Assembly: GCA_046537785.1 (NCBI GenBank)
Contig: JBKHKD010000007.1
Location: forward strand, 10,832 to 74,831
Length of the DNA stretch: 64,000 bases
Direction of reading: 5' to 3'
Source: Actinomycetota bacterium
GTDB lineage: Bacteria > Actinomycetota > Acidimicrobiia > Spongiisociales > ZC4RG35
Part shown: positions 12,169-21,803 of the stretch, piece by piece
Numbering within the stretch: position 1 is the first letter of the stretch
Layout: every line of letters begins with the position of its first letter
The notes under the pieces: generated by a model
Told to the model about the DNA's origin: nothing
What the model saw: only the letters and a program-made list of their open reading frames with translations
The model's database searches: none
Position numbers and translations under genes: made by a program

Positions 12169-12930
12169 TCAGTCGGCTCTTTCGATCCTGAGGTCGCCCG
12201 ACACCAGCTTGACCCGGATCTCCATTCGCCGTTCTGGCTCGTCGTCCCCGGTCTCGGGTTCCGGGAGCTTCATCTTCCCGGAGAGCAGGTTCACGTCCAG
12301 TGAGACCTCGGTGCGGCGTGGGATGCCGAGATCGATGGTGCCCGACATGCCCTTGCAGTAAACGCTGCGGCCGGTGAATCGGCGCACCCGGGTATCTCCC
12401 GATGCGGTCTTCACATCGAGGGTGCCTTCACACTCGTCGATGTAGATGTCGCCCGACGCGGTGGACGCGCTAATACTTCCATGCACGGTGTTCTCGACCA
12501 CAAGATCGCCCGAAGCGGAGGTGAATCGGAGCGATCGGTCGACACGTTTGACCCTGGTGTCTCCGCTGGCGGTCTTCACGTTGAGTGTTTCGGCGCTTTC
12601 GACCTCGATGTCTCCGGAAGCCGTCTTGATGTCGACCTTGCCGAGAGAGAGGGCTGCCTGTGTCTGGGCCGAGGCGACGGCCATCAGAAGATCGCTGCCT
12701 TCGGGGGTCTCCACGACGACATAGGCCGAGCCGCGGGACAACCACGGTGTGGTCTTGTCGGAGGAAACCAGAATCGAGTTGCCCCGCTGCTCGACGATGA
12801 AGTCAGGGTTCTTGGTGTCGACCGTGACATGAACCGTCCCGGGCCTGCCACGGCGCAGCTCGACACGTCCCGACTCGACGCGGACCTCGATGTCGGGTGA
12901 GCTGTCCACCGAAAAGGTCTTGTCGATCAC
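12169..12930 (-). CDS. DUF4097 beta-strand repeat protein
   Basis: It has repeated (T/A)ASGD(I/T)x(V/I) units throughout. The GTG start overlaps the upstream stop (GTGA). Confidence 0.75.
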   Translation of the reverse strand: MIDKTFSVDSSPDIEVRVESGRVELRRGRPGTVHVTVDTKNPDFIVEQRGNSILVSSDKTTPWLSRGSAYVVVETPEGSDLLMAVASAQTQAALSLGKVDIKTASGDIEVESAETLNVKTASGDTRVKRVDRSLRFTSASGDLVVENTVHGSISASTASGDIYIDECEGTLDVKTASGDTRVRRFTGRSVYCKGMSGTIDLGIPRRTEVSLDVNLLSGKMKLPEPETGDDEPERRMEIRVKLVSGDLRIERAD

Positions 12931-13394
12931 AGCCGGATCGTTCCCTTGTGGTGGGTTCCATGAGAGGCGTGTCGCCTGCGGGCCTTGCTGTTGAGGACAT
13001 CGACCACGTAGGAGTTGATCGAGTCACCGGCCGACTCGGCCTCATTGGCGATCAGGTTCTTCAGATATCCAGGCAGACGCACCGTGATCCGTGCTTCGTC
13101 GGCATCCTCGTTCCCGGGAGACGGGGGCGGTGGCGGGGGAGGGGCCGCAGATGGGTCGTCGCTCACGACCAACTCGGGGTCGCCGTCGACCAACTTGATG
13201 TCGATCGTCTGGGTGTCGAGCTGGCTGGAGATCTCGGTGACCGCCATGTTGACCACCTCCATCATCGATTGGGTGATGGCGGGCTTGAGGGCTGCCATGA
13301 GTTGGGCGCCGGCCTCTGCCATCTCGGGCCCGGCCACCCGTAGCTGTGTCTCGACCGCCGACTCGAGGTTGGTGATTGCATGCGATAGCTGCAT
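12927..13394 (-). CDS. protein with C-terminal ribbon-helix-helix (HicB/Arc-like) domain
   Basis: The C-terminus RITVRLPGYLKNLIANEAESAGDSINSYVVDVL is RHH-like. I trimmed to the ATG at 13394. This pairing with DUF4097 is common in Actinobacteria. Confidence 0.6.
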   Translation of the reverse strand: MQLSHAITNLESAVETQLRVAGPEMAEAGAQLMAALKPAITQSMMEVVNMAVTEISSQLDTQTIDIKLVDGDPELVVSDDPSAAPPPPPPPSPGNEDADEARITVRLPGYLKNLIANEAESAGDSINSYVVDVLNSKARRRHASHGTHHKGTIRL

Positions 13395-13616
13395 CAGCGT
13401 TTCCTCTTCTTTCGGGTGTGATAGCGAATGCGCTCTTCGATGAGCGCCTCCACATAGTCCTGGGTCATGGTAACAAACATGGCGTCTCCTAGGCGTCAAT
13501 GCTGACACCCTGATGATGTCAAACTGATGTCACCATACAGTCATGCCGACGTCAGAGTCAACCCCCTTTGTGGATTTGGAGAAATACGAGCTCGGTGGCG
13601 GTAGTTTCCACCTGCA

Positions 13617-14192
13617 ATGAGCCAGATCGACAAGGGCCGGATAGAGAAGGCGGTTACCGAGATCATCGAGGCCCTCGGTGAGGATCCGCTTCGCGAGGGC
13701 TTGGTGGACACACCCGAACGGGTGGCAAGTTTCTATGAGGAAGTCTTCGAAGGCATCCACACCGACCCCGGAGATGTCGTCGATGCCTTCTTCGGTGAAG
13801 AGCACTACCAGGAGATCGTCATGGTGCGCGAGATCCCGTTCTACTCGATGTGCGAGCACCATTTCGTGCCGTTTCATGGTTACGCACACGTCGCCTACAT
13901 GCCCCAGGGGCGGGTCACCGGACTGTCCAAGTTGGCCCGTCTCGTCGAAGGCTATGCCCGCCGCCCGCAAATGCAGGAGCGTCTCACCGCCCAGGTGGCC
14001 GACTGCCTCGATGACCGTCTCGACCCTCTCGGTGTTCTCGTCGTGATCGAAGCCGAGCACCTGTGCATGTCGATGCGCGGAGTCAAGAAGCCGGGAGCGC
14101 GCACGGTGACATCCGCCGTCCGCGGGACCATGGAGTCGAATCCGGCAACCAGGTCGGAGGCCATGTCACTCCTGTTTGGCACCCGTTCTTGA
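13617..14192 (+). CDS. folE: GTP cyclohydrolase I
   Basis: It has the CEHHFVPF motif and matches the family along its full length. Confidence 0.95.
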   Translation: MSQIDKGRIEKAVTEIIEALGEDPLREGLVDTPERVASFYEEVFEGIHTDPGDVVDAFFGEEHYQEIVMVREIPFYSMCEHHFVPFHGYAHVAYMPQGRVTGLSKLARLVEGYARRPQMQERLTAQVADCLDDRLDPLGVLVVIEAEHLCMSMRGVKKPGARTVTSAVRGTMESNPATRSEAMSLLFGTRS

Positions 14193-14203
14193 GCACGGAC
14201 CGC

Positions 14204-15058
14204 GTGCGTTGGGTCGTTGCCGGTGACGAGATAGCACTCGACACCGGGGTGCTCATCGGGATCCTGAACGTCACCCCGGATTCCTTCTCGGATGGCGGCG
14301 AGCACGCCGATCCCGAGGACGCTGTCGCTCATGGCCTCTCCCTGGTGGCGGATGGAGCGGCCATTGTCGACGTGGGTGCTGAGTCCACCCGTCCGGGTGC
14401 CAAGCCCGTGGAACTGGATGAAGAGCTTCGCCGCCTCATGCCCGTAGTGGATGGCCTGGTCGACGCAGGGGTGGCAGTGAGCGTGGATACCTACAAGCCC
14501 GAGGTCGCCACCCGGGCTCTCGAAGCCGGCGCCGCGGTGGTCAACGACGTCACCGGGTTCCGCAACCCACAGATGGTGGAGACGGTTGCCGCCACGGAAT
14601 GCGGAGTCATCGTTATGCACATGCTGGGGAGGCCCATCGACATGCAGGTCGACCCAAGCTATGACGATGTGGTTGCCGAGGTGGAGGACTACCTGCTTGC
14701 CCGGACGGATCTACTGGCTCGCTCCGGAGTCAGCCGGGACCGTATCGCCATCGATCCGGGGATCGGTTTCGGGAAGCGAATGCATCACAACCTTGCCCTG
14801 CTCGCAGCCCTCGACCGGCTGGCCTCTCACGGCCTACCGGTAATGATCGGGACGTCCCGCAAGAGCTTTTTGGGGAAAATGATCGCCGGGGACTCGCGTG
14901 AAGGCCGTGACCGGGCGACGGCGATCACCACAGCGATGGGTTTCGCCAGTGGAGCGAGGCTCTTTCGGGTCCACGATGTGGCCAAATCGAGAGATGCGCT
15001 GCGAATTGCGGGCGCTATCGTGACCGGCCAGGAATGGGACGAATGGTCGCAGGGCTAA
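14204..15058 (+). CDS. folP: dihydropteroate synthase
   Basis: It has GILNVTPDSFSDGG and the pterin-binding domain. I chose the GTG at 14204, just after the folE stop; the track ORF start at 14063 lies inside folE. Confidence 0.9.
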   Translation: MRWVVAGDEIALDTGVLIGILNVTPDSFSDGGEHADPEDAVAHGLSLVADGAAIVDVGAESTRPGAKPVELDEELRRLMPVVDGLVDAGVAVSVDTYKPEVATRALEAGAAVVNDVTGFRNPQMVETVAATECGVIVMHMLGRPIDMQVDPSYDDVVAEVEDYLLARTDLLARSGVSRDRIAIDPGIGFGKRMHHNLALLAALDRLASHGLPVMIGTSRKSFLGKMIAGDSREGRDRATAITTAMGFASGARLFRVHDVAKSRDALRIAGAIVTGQEWDEWSQG

Positions 15059-15528
15059 AACCCCGGGGGTTCACCTGGGTTATATCCGATCGCCTCGCTG
15101 TCTCCGACCGCGTCGGCGGGTCGGGATTCCAGCACCGGCGGGTGCGTCGGGAAGAAGAGATCACCTGGCTGGTGGAAGAGGCCCAGATAAACACAATCGT
15201 CTCGATGCTGGCCGGCAACCAGAATCTGGCCGCATACCGCCAGGCCGGCATCGCGACCTACTCGGTGCCAATCTCCAACCCGCTCACCGAGCACGATGTC
15301 GGCCGCTTCTTTGCCACCCTCGACCAGGCTCTCGGGAGGAATCACGCCCGGGTCCTCATCCACAGGGAGACCATCGACGACACCATCGGCGGCCTGCTCG
15401 GCGGCTATCTCGTCGATTCCGGCATGGTCGACGATCCCATCCTCGCTCTTGCCTTGATCCAGCAGATACTCGGCCGGGCGCTGGGCCCCGAAGGCCGGTC
15501 GCTCATTCCGGACGCCAACGGCAGTTGA
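15034..15528 (+). CDS. PTP/DSP-fold-like protein lacking the catalytic Cys
   Basis: The layout resembles a dual-specificity phosphatase, but the P-loop position reads VLIHRETIDDTIGG instead of HCxxGxxR. It sits between folP and folB and overlaps both. Confidence 0.5.
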   Translation: MGRMVAGLKPRGFTWVISDRLAVSDRVGGSGFQHRRVRREEEITWLVEEAQINTIVSMLAGNQNLAAYRQAGIATYSVPISNPLTEHDVGRFFATLDQALGRNHARVLIHRETIDDTIGGLLGGYLVDSGMVDDPILALALIQQILGRALGPEGRSLIPDANGS

Positions 15529-15884
15529 ACGACCGCATCGACCTCACCGGGATCGAGGTCTATGCCAGACACGGGGTGCTCGACAGCGAGCAAGAGCGAG
15601 CGCAGGTATTCAGGATCGACGTCACGGTCTTCACCGATCTCTCCAGGGCGGGAGAGAGCGACGACCTGGGCGATTCACTCGACTACTCGGAGTTGGCCCT
15701 CGAGATCCGCGAAGTAGTGGGGGCCGAGCGAAACAGGCTGATCGAAACGGTGGCCACGAGGGTGGCAGACGCCATGCTCGGGCACGATCAGGTGACTCAT
15801 ACGGTCGTGACCATCCACAAGCCGAACGCACCGATCGACATGGCATTTGACGATGTCTCGGTGACGATCGAACGGAGCCGGTGA
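15525..15884 (+). CDS. folB: dihydroneopterin aldolase
   Basis: It begins IDLTGIEVYARHGVLDSEQERAQVFRIDV, is 119 aa, and sits in the fol operon. Confidence 0.9.
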   Translation: MNDRIDLTGIEVYARHGVLDSEQERAQVFRIDVTVFTDLSRAGESDDLGDSLDYSELALEIREVVGAERNRLIETVATRVADAMLGHDQVTHTVVTIHKPNAPIDMAFDDVSVTIERSR

Positions 15885-16831
15885 CCCGTTACGCCATCGC
15901 TCTCGGATCAAACGTCGGTGATCGGCTGGGTTATCTCGTAGCTGCGGCAGGGGCGCTCTCGGAGCGATTGGGAAGGGTGTCAGCCTCGTCGCTGTACGAA
16001 ACCCTGCCCGTCGGAGGCCCGAAACAGGATCCATTCCTGAACGCAGTGGTTGTCGTCGAGAGCGATTTGGACGCGGGACAAGTCTTGGAGATCTGCCAGG
16101 AGATAGAGCACACCCGGGGAAGAGAGCGGCAGCAACGATGGGGGCCACGCACTCTCGACCTCGACATCGTGACATCCGACGGGCCCGACCACGCCGACGA
16201 GCAGCTGACGATTCCGCATCCCAGAGCCGCTGAGCGCGAGTTCGTGCTCCGACCACTCTGCGACGTGTGGCCGGACGCGCCGGTAGGTGAAGGGATGACT
16301 GCATCGTCTGCCCTGGAGCGGGTGGGCGATCAGGGAGTGGACTATCTGACCAACGACTGGATCCCCCCGGTGTCGCGCTGGAAGGCGAACGCCCTCCTGG
16401 CCGGTCAAGCGGCCATCTTCGCGGCGGCGGCCATCGCGTTCGTCGCCGATGGAAACCTCCCCGAGGATTGGACCCCGATTCGTGTCGCTGGCGTGGTGCT
16501 GGCACTCGCCGGTGTTGGCCTGGCGTTCGCGGCGGCACGACGGCTCGGAGACTCGATAACCGCCAGTCCGGTTCCAAAGAGCGGCGCTCAGCTCGTGGTC
16601 AAAGGACCGTTTGGCTATGCACGTCATCCCATCTACGGCGGTGTGTGTCTGTTTCTGATCGGGACGGCGTTGGCCCTCGGGAGCGGTCTCGGCCTCGCGG
16701 TGTCGGCAACTCTCGTTCCCTATTTCCTCTTCAAGGCGAGGTACGAGGAGAGACAGCTACGGATGAGGTTCGCGGGCTACCTGGAATACACACGCCGGGT
16801 GCGGAAACGCCTGATCCCGTTTGTGGTCTAA
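15881..16831 (+). CDS. folK: HPPK (FolK) fused to ICMT/PEMT-like membrane methyltransferase domain
   Basis: The N-terminal ~160 aa are HPPK (GPRTLDLDIV). The C-terminal ~150 aa have several TM segments plus GPFGYARHPIYGG...YEERQLRMRFAGYLEYTRRV, typical of isoprenylcysteine carboxyl / phospholipid methyltransferases. Confidence 0.85.
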   Translation: MTRYAIALGSNVGDRLGYLVAAAGALSERLGRVSASSLYETLPVGGPKQDPFLNAVVVVESDLDAGQVLEICQEIEHTRGRERQQRWGPRTLDLDIVTSDGPDHADEQLTIPHPRAAEREFVLRPLCDVWPDAPVGEGMTASSALERVGDQGVDYLTNDWIPPVSRWKANALLAGQAAIFAAAAIAFVADGNLPEDWTPIRVAGVVLALAGVGLAFAAARRLGDSITASPVPKSGAQLVVKGPFGYARHPIYGGVCLFLIGTALALGSGLGLAVSATLVPYFLFKARYEERQLRMRFAGYLEYTRRVRKRLIPFVV

Positions 16832-17012
16832 AGACCCTGTTCGCCATTTCTCAGCGCCTGCTAGGTTTCGAGCATGGTTCGAGTGGCCAGACGCCAATAC
16901 GCAGGCGGCGTCTCTCCGGCCATCTACGCGCCCGCCCGGTCAGCGATGACGCGCGGGCGTTCCCCACCTCCCCGATCTAGATCACGACCCGTTCGACTAC
17001 AGGAGGTAACGC

Positions 17013-17348
17013 ATGGCCAGAAGGTCGCGAGAGCATCGCCAGGAGATTCCCGGATACGACGAGAGTCGACCGACGCGCGAGGAGCGCAAGCAACAGCATC
17101 GGGCAACCAGGCACGCCGCGCACCAGTTGCTCCAAACTCTCGAGGACCCGGAGGACATCGTGCTGCCGGAAGAGAGAAGGACACGCTCCGACGAGACCTA
17201 CAACGGTGGCGGCGATCCGGGAAAGAAGCACCGCTTCCGGGTGTGGAAGACGAAGTTTTGGAAGCGCCGGGATGAATACCGCTCTCGGAAGGCCGAGCTG
17301 GACGCCAACTGGCCGGTGATAACCCCTAACCAGATCCAGGAGGAGTAA
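17013..17348 (+). CDS. hypothetical highly charged protein
   Basis: A strong SD (AGGAGG) lies 6 nt upstream of the ATG. The protein is Arg/Glu/Lys-rich and 111 aa. I recognise no family. Confidence 0.5.
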   Translation: MARRSREHRQEIPGYDESRPTREERKQQHRATRHAAHQLLQTLEDPEDIVLPEERRTRSDETYNGGGDPGKKHRFRVWKTKFWKRRDEYRSRKAELDANWPVITPNQIQEE

Positions 17349-17556
17349 CCCCGACGGCTCAGTGCCCCGATCAGCAACGTTTGGCGGATTCAGAGCGGCC
17401 ATCGTCGCCACCAGCCGCGTCCTCCTCCTAGACGCACCTCGCCGGTGCGCCTTCGTCGTGCGTCCTTGCCGGATGACGACGCTGACTCGCTCTGACTCTC
17501 ACCAACGTCACTGGCCAGAGCACTAGCCTCGCCGCAATGCGGCGGCGAGATACCCG

Positions 17557-18348
17557 ATGCGCTTGATCATCGTCGGCCCGGGAAGGGCCGGAGGGTCGAT
17601 AGCCCTTGCCGCCGAGGAGGCGGGTCATGAGATCGTAGGCATCCTCAGCCGGCGGGAGAACGAATACGGCTGGCCGTCGCTCGAATGGGACACCGACCTG
17701 CCGGAGACGGATGTCGTCTTCATCGCGGTCCGGGACGAAGCGATCGTGGAGGTCGCCGAGCGACTTGCCCCTCACGTCGGTCACGCCGGGGTGGTCGCAC
17801 ATCTGTCCGGCTTCACGCCAGTGCTCGCCCTTCACGGGATCCAGGAGCGTGGGGTTGCGGTGGGGGGGTTCCATCCCCTCCAGTCACTTCCCGACCCCGA
17901 GACCGGATCCAGGGCGCTCAGGGGCGCCTTTGTAGGCATCGGCGGCGATCAGCTCGGTGTCGACATCCTCACCCACCTGGCCAGTTCCCTTGGCATGGAG
18001 CCGTTTCGTCTCGATGACGCTGCCCGTCCCGCCTATCACGCCGCGGCGGCGGCAGCAGCCAACTTCGTGGTGGCTGCGTTGGCGGTGTCCGCCGACCTCT
18101 ACGAGTCGGCGGGAGTAGATCCCCGTGTTTCCCGTCCCCTGGTGGAGAGGGCCGTTGCCAACGTCTTCGAGAAGGGTCCCGCGGCGTCGCTCACCGGGCC
18201 AATCGCCCGGGGGGACATCGAGACGGTGATAGGCCATCTCGAGGCCGCGCACGAGGTATCCCAGCACGTGGGGCGTCAATTTCGTCTCATGGCTGAGGCC
18301 ACGACAATCAGAGCCGGTCGTGAGGAGGATCTTCGCCGGTGGAAGTGA
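17557..18348 (+). CDS. Rossmann-fold / DUF2520 protein (pantoate-cluster oxidoreductase-like)
   Basis: The N-terminus IIVGPGRAGGS is a dinucleotide-binding motif. Its position immediately upstream of panC matches other Actinobacteria. Confidence 0.75.
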   Translation: MRLIIVGPGRAGGSIALAAEEAGHEIVGILSRRENEYGWPSLEWDTDLPETDVVFIAVRDEAIVEVAERLAPHVGHAGVVAHLSGFTPVLALHGIQERGVAVGGFHPLQSLPDPETGSRALRGAFVGIGGDQLGVDILTHLASSLGMEPFRLDDAARPAYHAAAAAAANFVVAALAVSADLYESAGVDPRVSRPLVERAVANVFEKGPAASLTGPIARGDIETVIGHLEAAHEVSQHVGRQFRLMAEATTIRAGREEDLRRWK

Positions 18349-19226
18349 CCAGGACGTTCGCGGAGACGCGTTCGATTTATGAGGGGAGGGTCGGCTTGCT
18401 ACCCACCCTGGGGTACTTCCATGAGGGTCACCTCCGTCTCATGGACCTGCTGCGCGATGAGTGCGACACCCTGGTGGTCTCACTCTTCGTGAACCCCACC
18501 CAATTCGACCAGAGCGATGACTTCGAGGCCTACCCCAGAGACGAGGAGCGCGACGCCACGCTGGCGGCGGAACATGGCGTCGACATCCTCTTTGCTCCGG
18601 ATGAGATCGAGGTCTATCCAGGGGAATCGGTCACGACGGTGGAGGTGATCGGCGTCACCGACGAGATGGAGGGAAGACACCGGCCGGGCCACTTCGTCGG
18701 AGTTGCCACGGTCGTGGCGAAGCTCTTTGCCGGGCTCCAACCCAATCTTTCCATGTTCGGCCGCAAGGATGCCCAACAGCTGGCGGTCCTCGAGGCAATG
18801 GTGCGCGACCTGAGGTTCCCTGTCGAGATCGTCGAGGCCCCTGTCGTTCGCGAGCCCGACGGGCTTGCTCTGTCGAGCCGCAATGTGCGGCTTGGCCGCG
18901 AAGACCGCGAGTTGGCGCTCGCCATTTCGCGAGGGCTCTTTCAGGCCGCGGAGCAGGTCGATGCGGGAGAGCGTCGCGGCCAGCGTCTGGAGGCGACCGT
19001 GGAGCGGGCGATGAAAGGCCTCGCCATCGACTACGTCAAGCTGGCATCACAGGAGACAATGAAGCCGATCGAAACCCTGGACCAGCCCTCGGTACTCGCG
19101 GTGGCAGCCCACGTGGGCCCGGTGCGTCTCATCGACAACGTCGCCTTCGACATGGTCGAGGGCGAGCCTGTGCCCGACCGCGGCATCCTCCTCGAGGAGC
19201 CGAGCGAATTGACCGCCATGGCATGA
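18339..19226 (+). CDS. panC: pantoate-beta-alanine ligase
   Basis: It has GYFHEGHLRLM and matches the family along its full length. Confidence 0.92.
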   Translation: MEVTRTFAETRSIYEGRVGLLPTLGYFHEGHLRLMDLLRDECDTLVVSLFVNPTQFDQSDDFEAYPRDEERDATLAAEHGVDILFAPDEIEVYPGESVTTVEVIGVTDEMEGRHRPGHFVGVATVVAKLFAGLQPNLSMFGRKDAQQLAVLEAMVRDLRFPVEIVEAPVVREPDGLALSSRNVRLGREDRELALAISRGLFQAAEQVDAGERRGQRLEATVERAMKGLAIDYVKLASQETMKPIETLDQPSVLAVAAHVGPVRLIDNVAFDMVEGEPVPDRGILLEEPSELTAMA

Positions 19227-19239
19227 TCCCCTGTCTGCG

Positions 19240-20718
19240 ATGAGCGAACAGAACGACACCAGCGGAGGCCGTGTCGAACGGCAAGACAAGCACGAAGCCG
19301 TCCTCGCCGCCGGCGGGTATCCACATCGTTTCGAACGGACCCATCTGAGTGGCGACCTGCACGCCAAATACCGGGGTCTCGAGCCCGGCACCGAGACCGA
19401 AGACGAGGTGACCGTCGCCGGGCGGCTCATGCTGCACCGGTCGTTTGGCAAGCTCCAGTTCGGGACGCTCCAGGACGTCAGCGGGACCATCCAGCTCTTT
19501 GTGGAGAGGGGGACGGCGGGATCGGAGACAGCGGATCGTTTCGCCGACCTCGATCTTGGCGACTGGGTCGGTGCGTCGGGTGTTGTCATGACCACCCGGC
19601 GGGGCGAGATCAGTGTGAAGGTCGACAGCCTCGACCTCCTCCAGAAGGCGTTGCGGCCCCTACCCGACAAGTGGCACGGGTTGGTCGACGTGGAGACCCG
19701 GAGCCGCCAGAGGTATGTCGACCTGATGGTCAACCCTGAGGCCCGCGACACCGCCGTCACCAGGGCAAGGGTCGTCTCCGAGCTGCGTCAGCAGTTCGAG
19801 GCCAGGGGATTCATCGAGGTCGAGACTCCTGTGCTGCTGACCCAGGCGACGGGGGCCCTGGCGCGGCCCTTCGTCACCCACCACAACGCTCTCGACATCC
19901 CGCTCCAGCTTCGCATCGCCACCGAGCTTCACCTCAAGCGTCTCGTGGTCGGGGGCATGGAGAAGGTCTTCGAGATCGGAAGGATCTTCCGAAACGAAGG
20001 GATTGACGCCACCCACAACCCCGAGTTCACCATGCTGGAGGCATATCAGGCGTTCGCCGACTACACCGACATCATGGTTCTCGTGGAAGACGTCATCGCC
20101 GCGGTGGCCGAGTCGGCGGTCGGAAGCATCACCACGACATTTCAGGATCGGGAGCTGTCTTTCGCCAAGCCCTTTGCCAAGGTGCGTCTCGTGGACCTCG
20201 TCTCCGACTTCGTGGGGGGAAAGGTAGATCTCGATACCGACCGGTCCGAGCTGACACGGTTGCTCACCGAGCGCGGGGCCAGCGTCGACGAGTCCTGGGG
20301 GCCGGGCAAGCTCCTATTCGAGCTGTACGAGTTGGCGCACCGGGAGGTGTGGGAGCCGACCTTTGTGATGGATTTCCCGACCGAGGTGTCGCCCCTGGCC
20401 CGCAAGAATCCCGACGACCCGCGGCTTACCCAGAGATTCGAGCTGGTCATCGCCGGGTCCGAGTACTGCAACGCCTTCTCCGAGCTGAACGACGCCGACG
20501 ACCAGAGGGAGCGGTTCGAGGCGCAGGCGGCCGTCAGGGCTGGTGGCGATGATGAGGCGCACGTGGTTGATCACGACTACGTCCGCGCCCTGGAATACGG
20601 GCTCCCCCCGACCGGCGGTCTGGGGATCGGTGTCGACAGGCTGGTGATGCTGCTGACGGACCAGCCTCACATACGGGAGGTCATCCTCTTTCCGATCTTG
20701 CGTCCTGAGGGCTCCTAG
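19240..20718 (+). CDS. lysS: lysyl-tRNA synthetase, class II
   Basis: It has an OB-fold N-terminus, FRNEGID..HNPEFT and GLGIGVDRLVMLL. Confidence 0.95.
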   Translation: MSEQNDTSGGRVERQDKHEAVLAAGGYPHRFERTHLSGDLHAKYRGLEPGTETEDEVTVAGRLMLHRSFGKLQFGTLQDVSGTIQLFVERGTAGSETADRFADLDLGDWVGASGVVMTTRRGEISVKVDSLDLLQKALRPLPDKWHGLVDVETRSRQRYVDLMVNPEARDTAVTRARVVSELRQQFEARGFIEVETPVLLTQATGALARPFVTHHNALDIPLQLRIATELHLKRLVVGGMEKVFEIGRIFRNEGIDATHNPEFTMLEAYQAFADYTDIMVLVEDVIAAVAESAVGSITTTFQDRELSFAKPFAKVRLVDLVSDFVGGKVDLDTDRSELTRLLTERGASVDESWGPGKLLFELYELAHREVWEPTFVMDFPTEVSPLARKNPDDPRLTQRFELVIAGSEYCNAFSELNDADDQRERFEAQAAVRAGGDDEAHVVDHDYVRALEYGLPPTGGLGIGVDRLVMLLTDQPHIREVILFPILRPEGS

Positions 20719-21704
20719 CCCCGCGCCGTCTCCACCCGGTCGAGCAGGTAGGCGCCGAGCTGCTCGAGGATTCGTTTGGGCTTCGACTTGGGAAGGGTTC
20801 CGAGTGCAGCATCTGCGATCGTCAGTCGGGTCGCCGCGGTCTGGAGAGCGGCATCGACATGGCCGCCGTCCCGAACGAGGAATATGACCTCTGCTACTGC
20901 CTCGTCGGAGTAGGGCCGGCCGGCACCCAGGATCTCCCTCACCCGCTCGCCTTGGGGCCCCGAGACCGCTCTGAGCACGGGGCCGGTGAAAGTCCCCTCC
21001 CTTATGTCCGATCCCGCTGGCTTGCCGATGGTCTCCTCGTCGGCGACCAGGTCGAGGGCGTCGTCTGCGATCTGGAACACCATGCCCACCTCCCACGCCC
21101 AGGTGGACAGTGCTTCGACGGTCTGCCTGTCGGCATCCGCAGCCATGGCCCCGAGGCGGGCCGAAGTGCGGATCAGCGACGCTGTCTTCCCCCCGATCAC
21201 CTGCTGGTAATCCTCGAGCGAGTGGCCCAGGTCGTCGGTGAGCTGAAGTTCGCGTGTCTGGCCCTCCACGAGCTCGGCATACGTGGAGGCGAGCAAACGA
21301 ACCGAGTCCTGGCTGAGATGGGTTGCCGCCACTTCTGAAGCACGTGCCATGAGGAAGTCACCGGCGAGAATTGCAACGGTGTTGGTCCAGTTGGCGTTGG
21401 CGGAACTGGCTCCCCGCCGGGTGTCGGCTTCGTCGATGACGTCGTCGTGATAGAGCGATCCGACGTGGATCAACTCGACCGCCACACCGGCTTCCACGGG
21501 ACGCCCGTCCCGGGACTCACCAAACTCGGCAGCCAGCAGGGCGAGCAGCGGGCGGAACCGCTTTCCGCCGGCTATCAGCAGGTGCTGGGCTATCTTGGTG
21601 AGATACGGGTCGTCGGCGGTGGAGGCTTCGAGGAGCCTTTCCTCGACGTCTTCCAATTGGTCCCAGATTCGGGGAATGCCGACGAGGCTTTGGAGGTCTT
21701 CCAT
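20715..21704 (-). CDS. polyprenyl diphosphate synthase
   Basis: It has the Asp-rich motifs LYHDDVIDEAD and FQIADDALD. Confidence 0.9.
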   Translation of the reverse strand: MEDLQSLVGIPRIWDQLEDVEERLLEASTADDPYLTKIAQHLLIAGGKRFRPLLALLAAEFGESRDGRPVEAGVAVELIHVGSLYHDDVIDEADTRRGASSANANWTNTVAILAGDFLMARASEVAATHLSQDSVRLLASTYAELVEGQTRELQLTDDLGHSLEDYQQVIGGKTASLIRTSARLGAMAADADRQTVEALSTWAWEVGMVFQIADDALDLVADEETIGKPAGSDIREGTFTGPVLRAVSGPQGERVREILGAGRPYSDEAVAEVIFLVRDGGHVDAALQTAATRLTIADAALGTLPKSKPKRILEQLGAYLLDRVETARG

Positions 21705-21803
21705 TGGTGACGATGGTATTACGGATCGGCCAGCTCAGAAGTGAGGTGGGGTTCAGTCCCCAGCCGATGCTAAAATCTGAGTTGCCAGGTTCAGGAGAAG
21801 CGA

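Noticed and set aside
15675-16577. A 300-aa minus-strand ORF, plus 15980-16627 (215 aa).
   Set aside because: They are antisense to, or off-frame with, the folB and folK-ICMT genes. Their translations are Arg/Pro-rich.
20314-21096. A 260-aa minus-strand ORF spanning the lysS 3' end and the polyprenyl synthase 3' end.
   Set aside because: It is out of frame with both well-supported genes, and its translation is Arg/Gly/Pro-rich.
21705-21803. A possible promoter or operator upstream of clpC (a TAAAAT hexamer near 21768).
   Set aside because: A single AT-rich hexamer has no recognisable -35 element or ClgR-type palindrome that I could verify by eye, so I did not annotate it.
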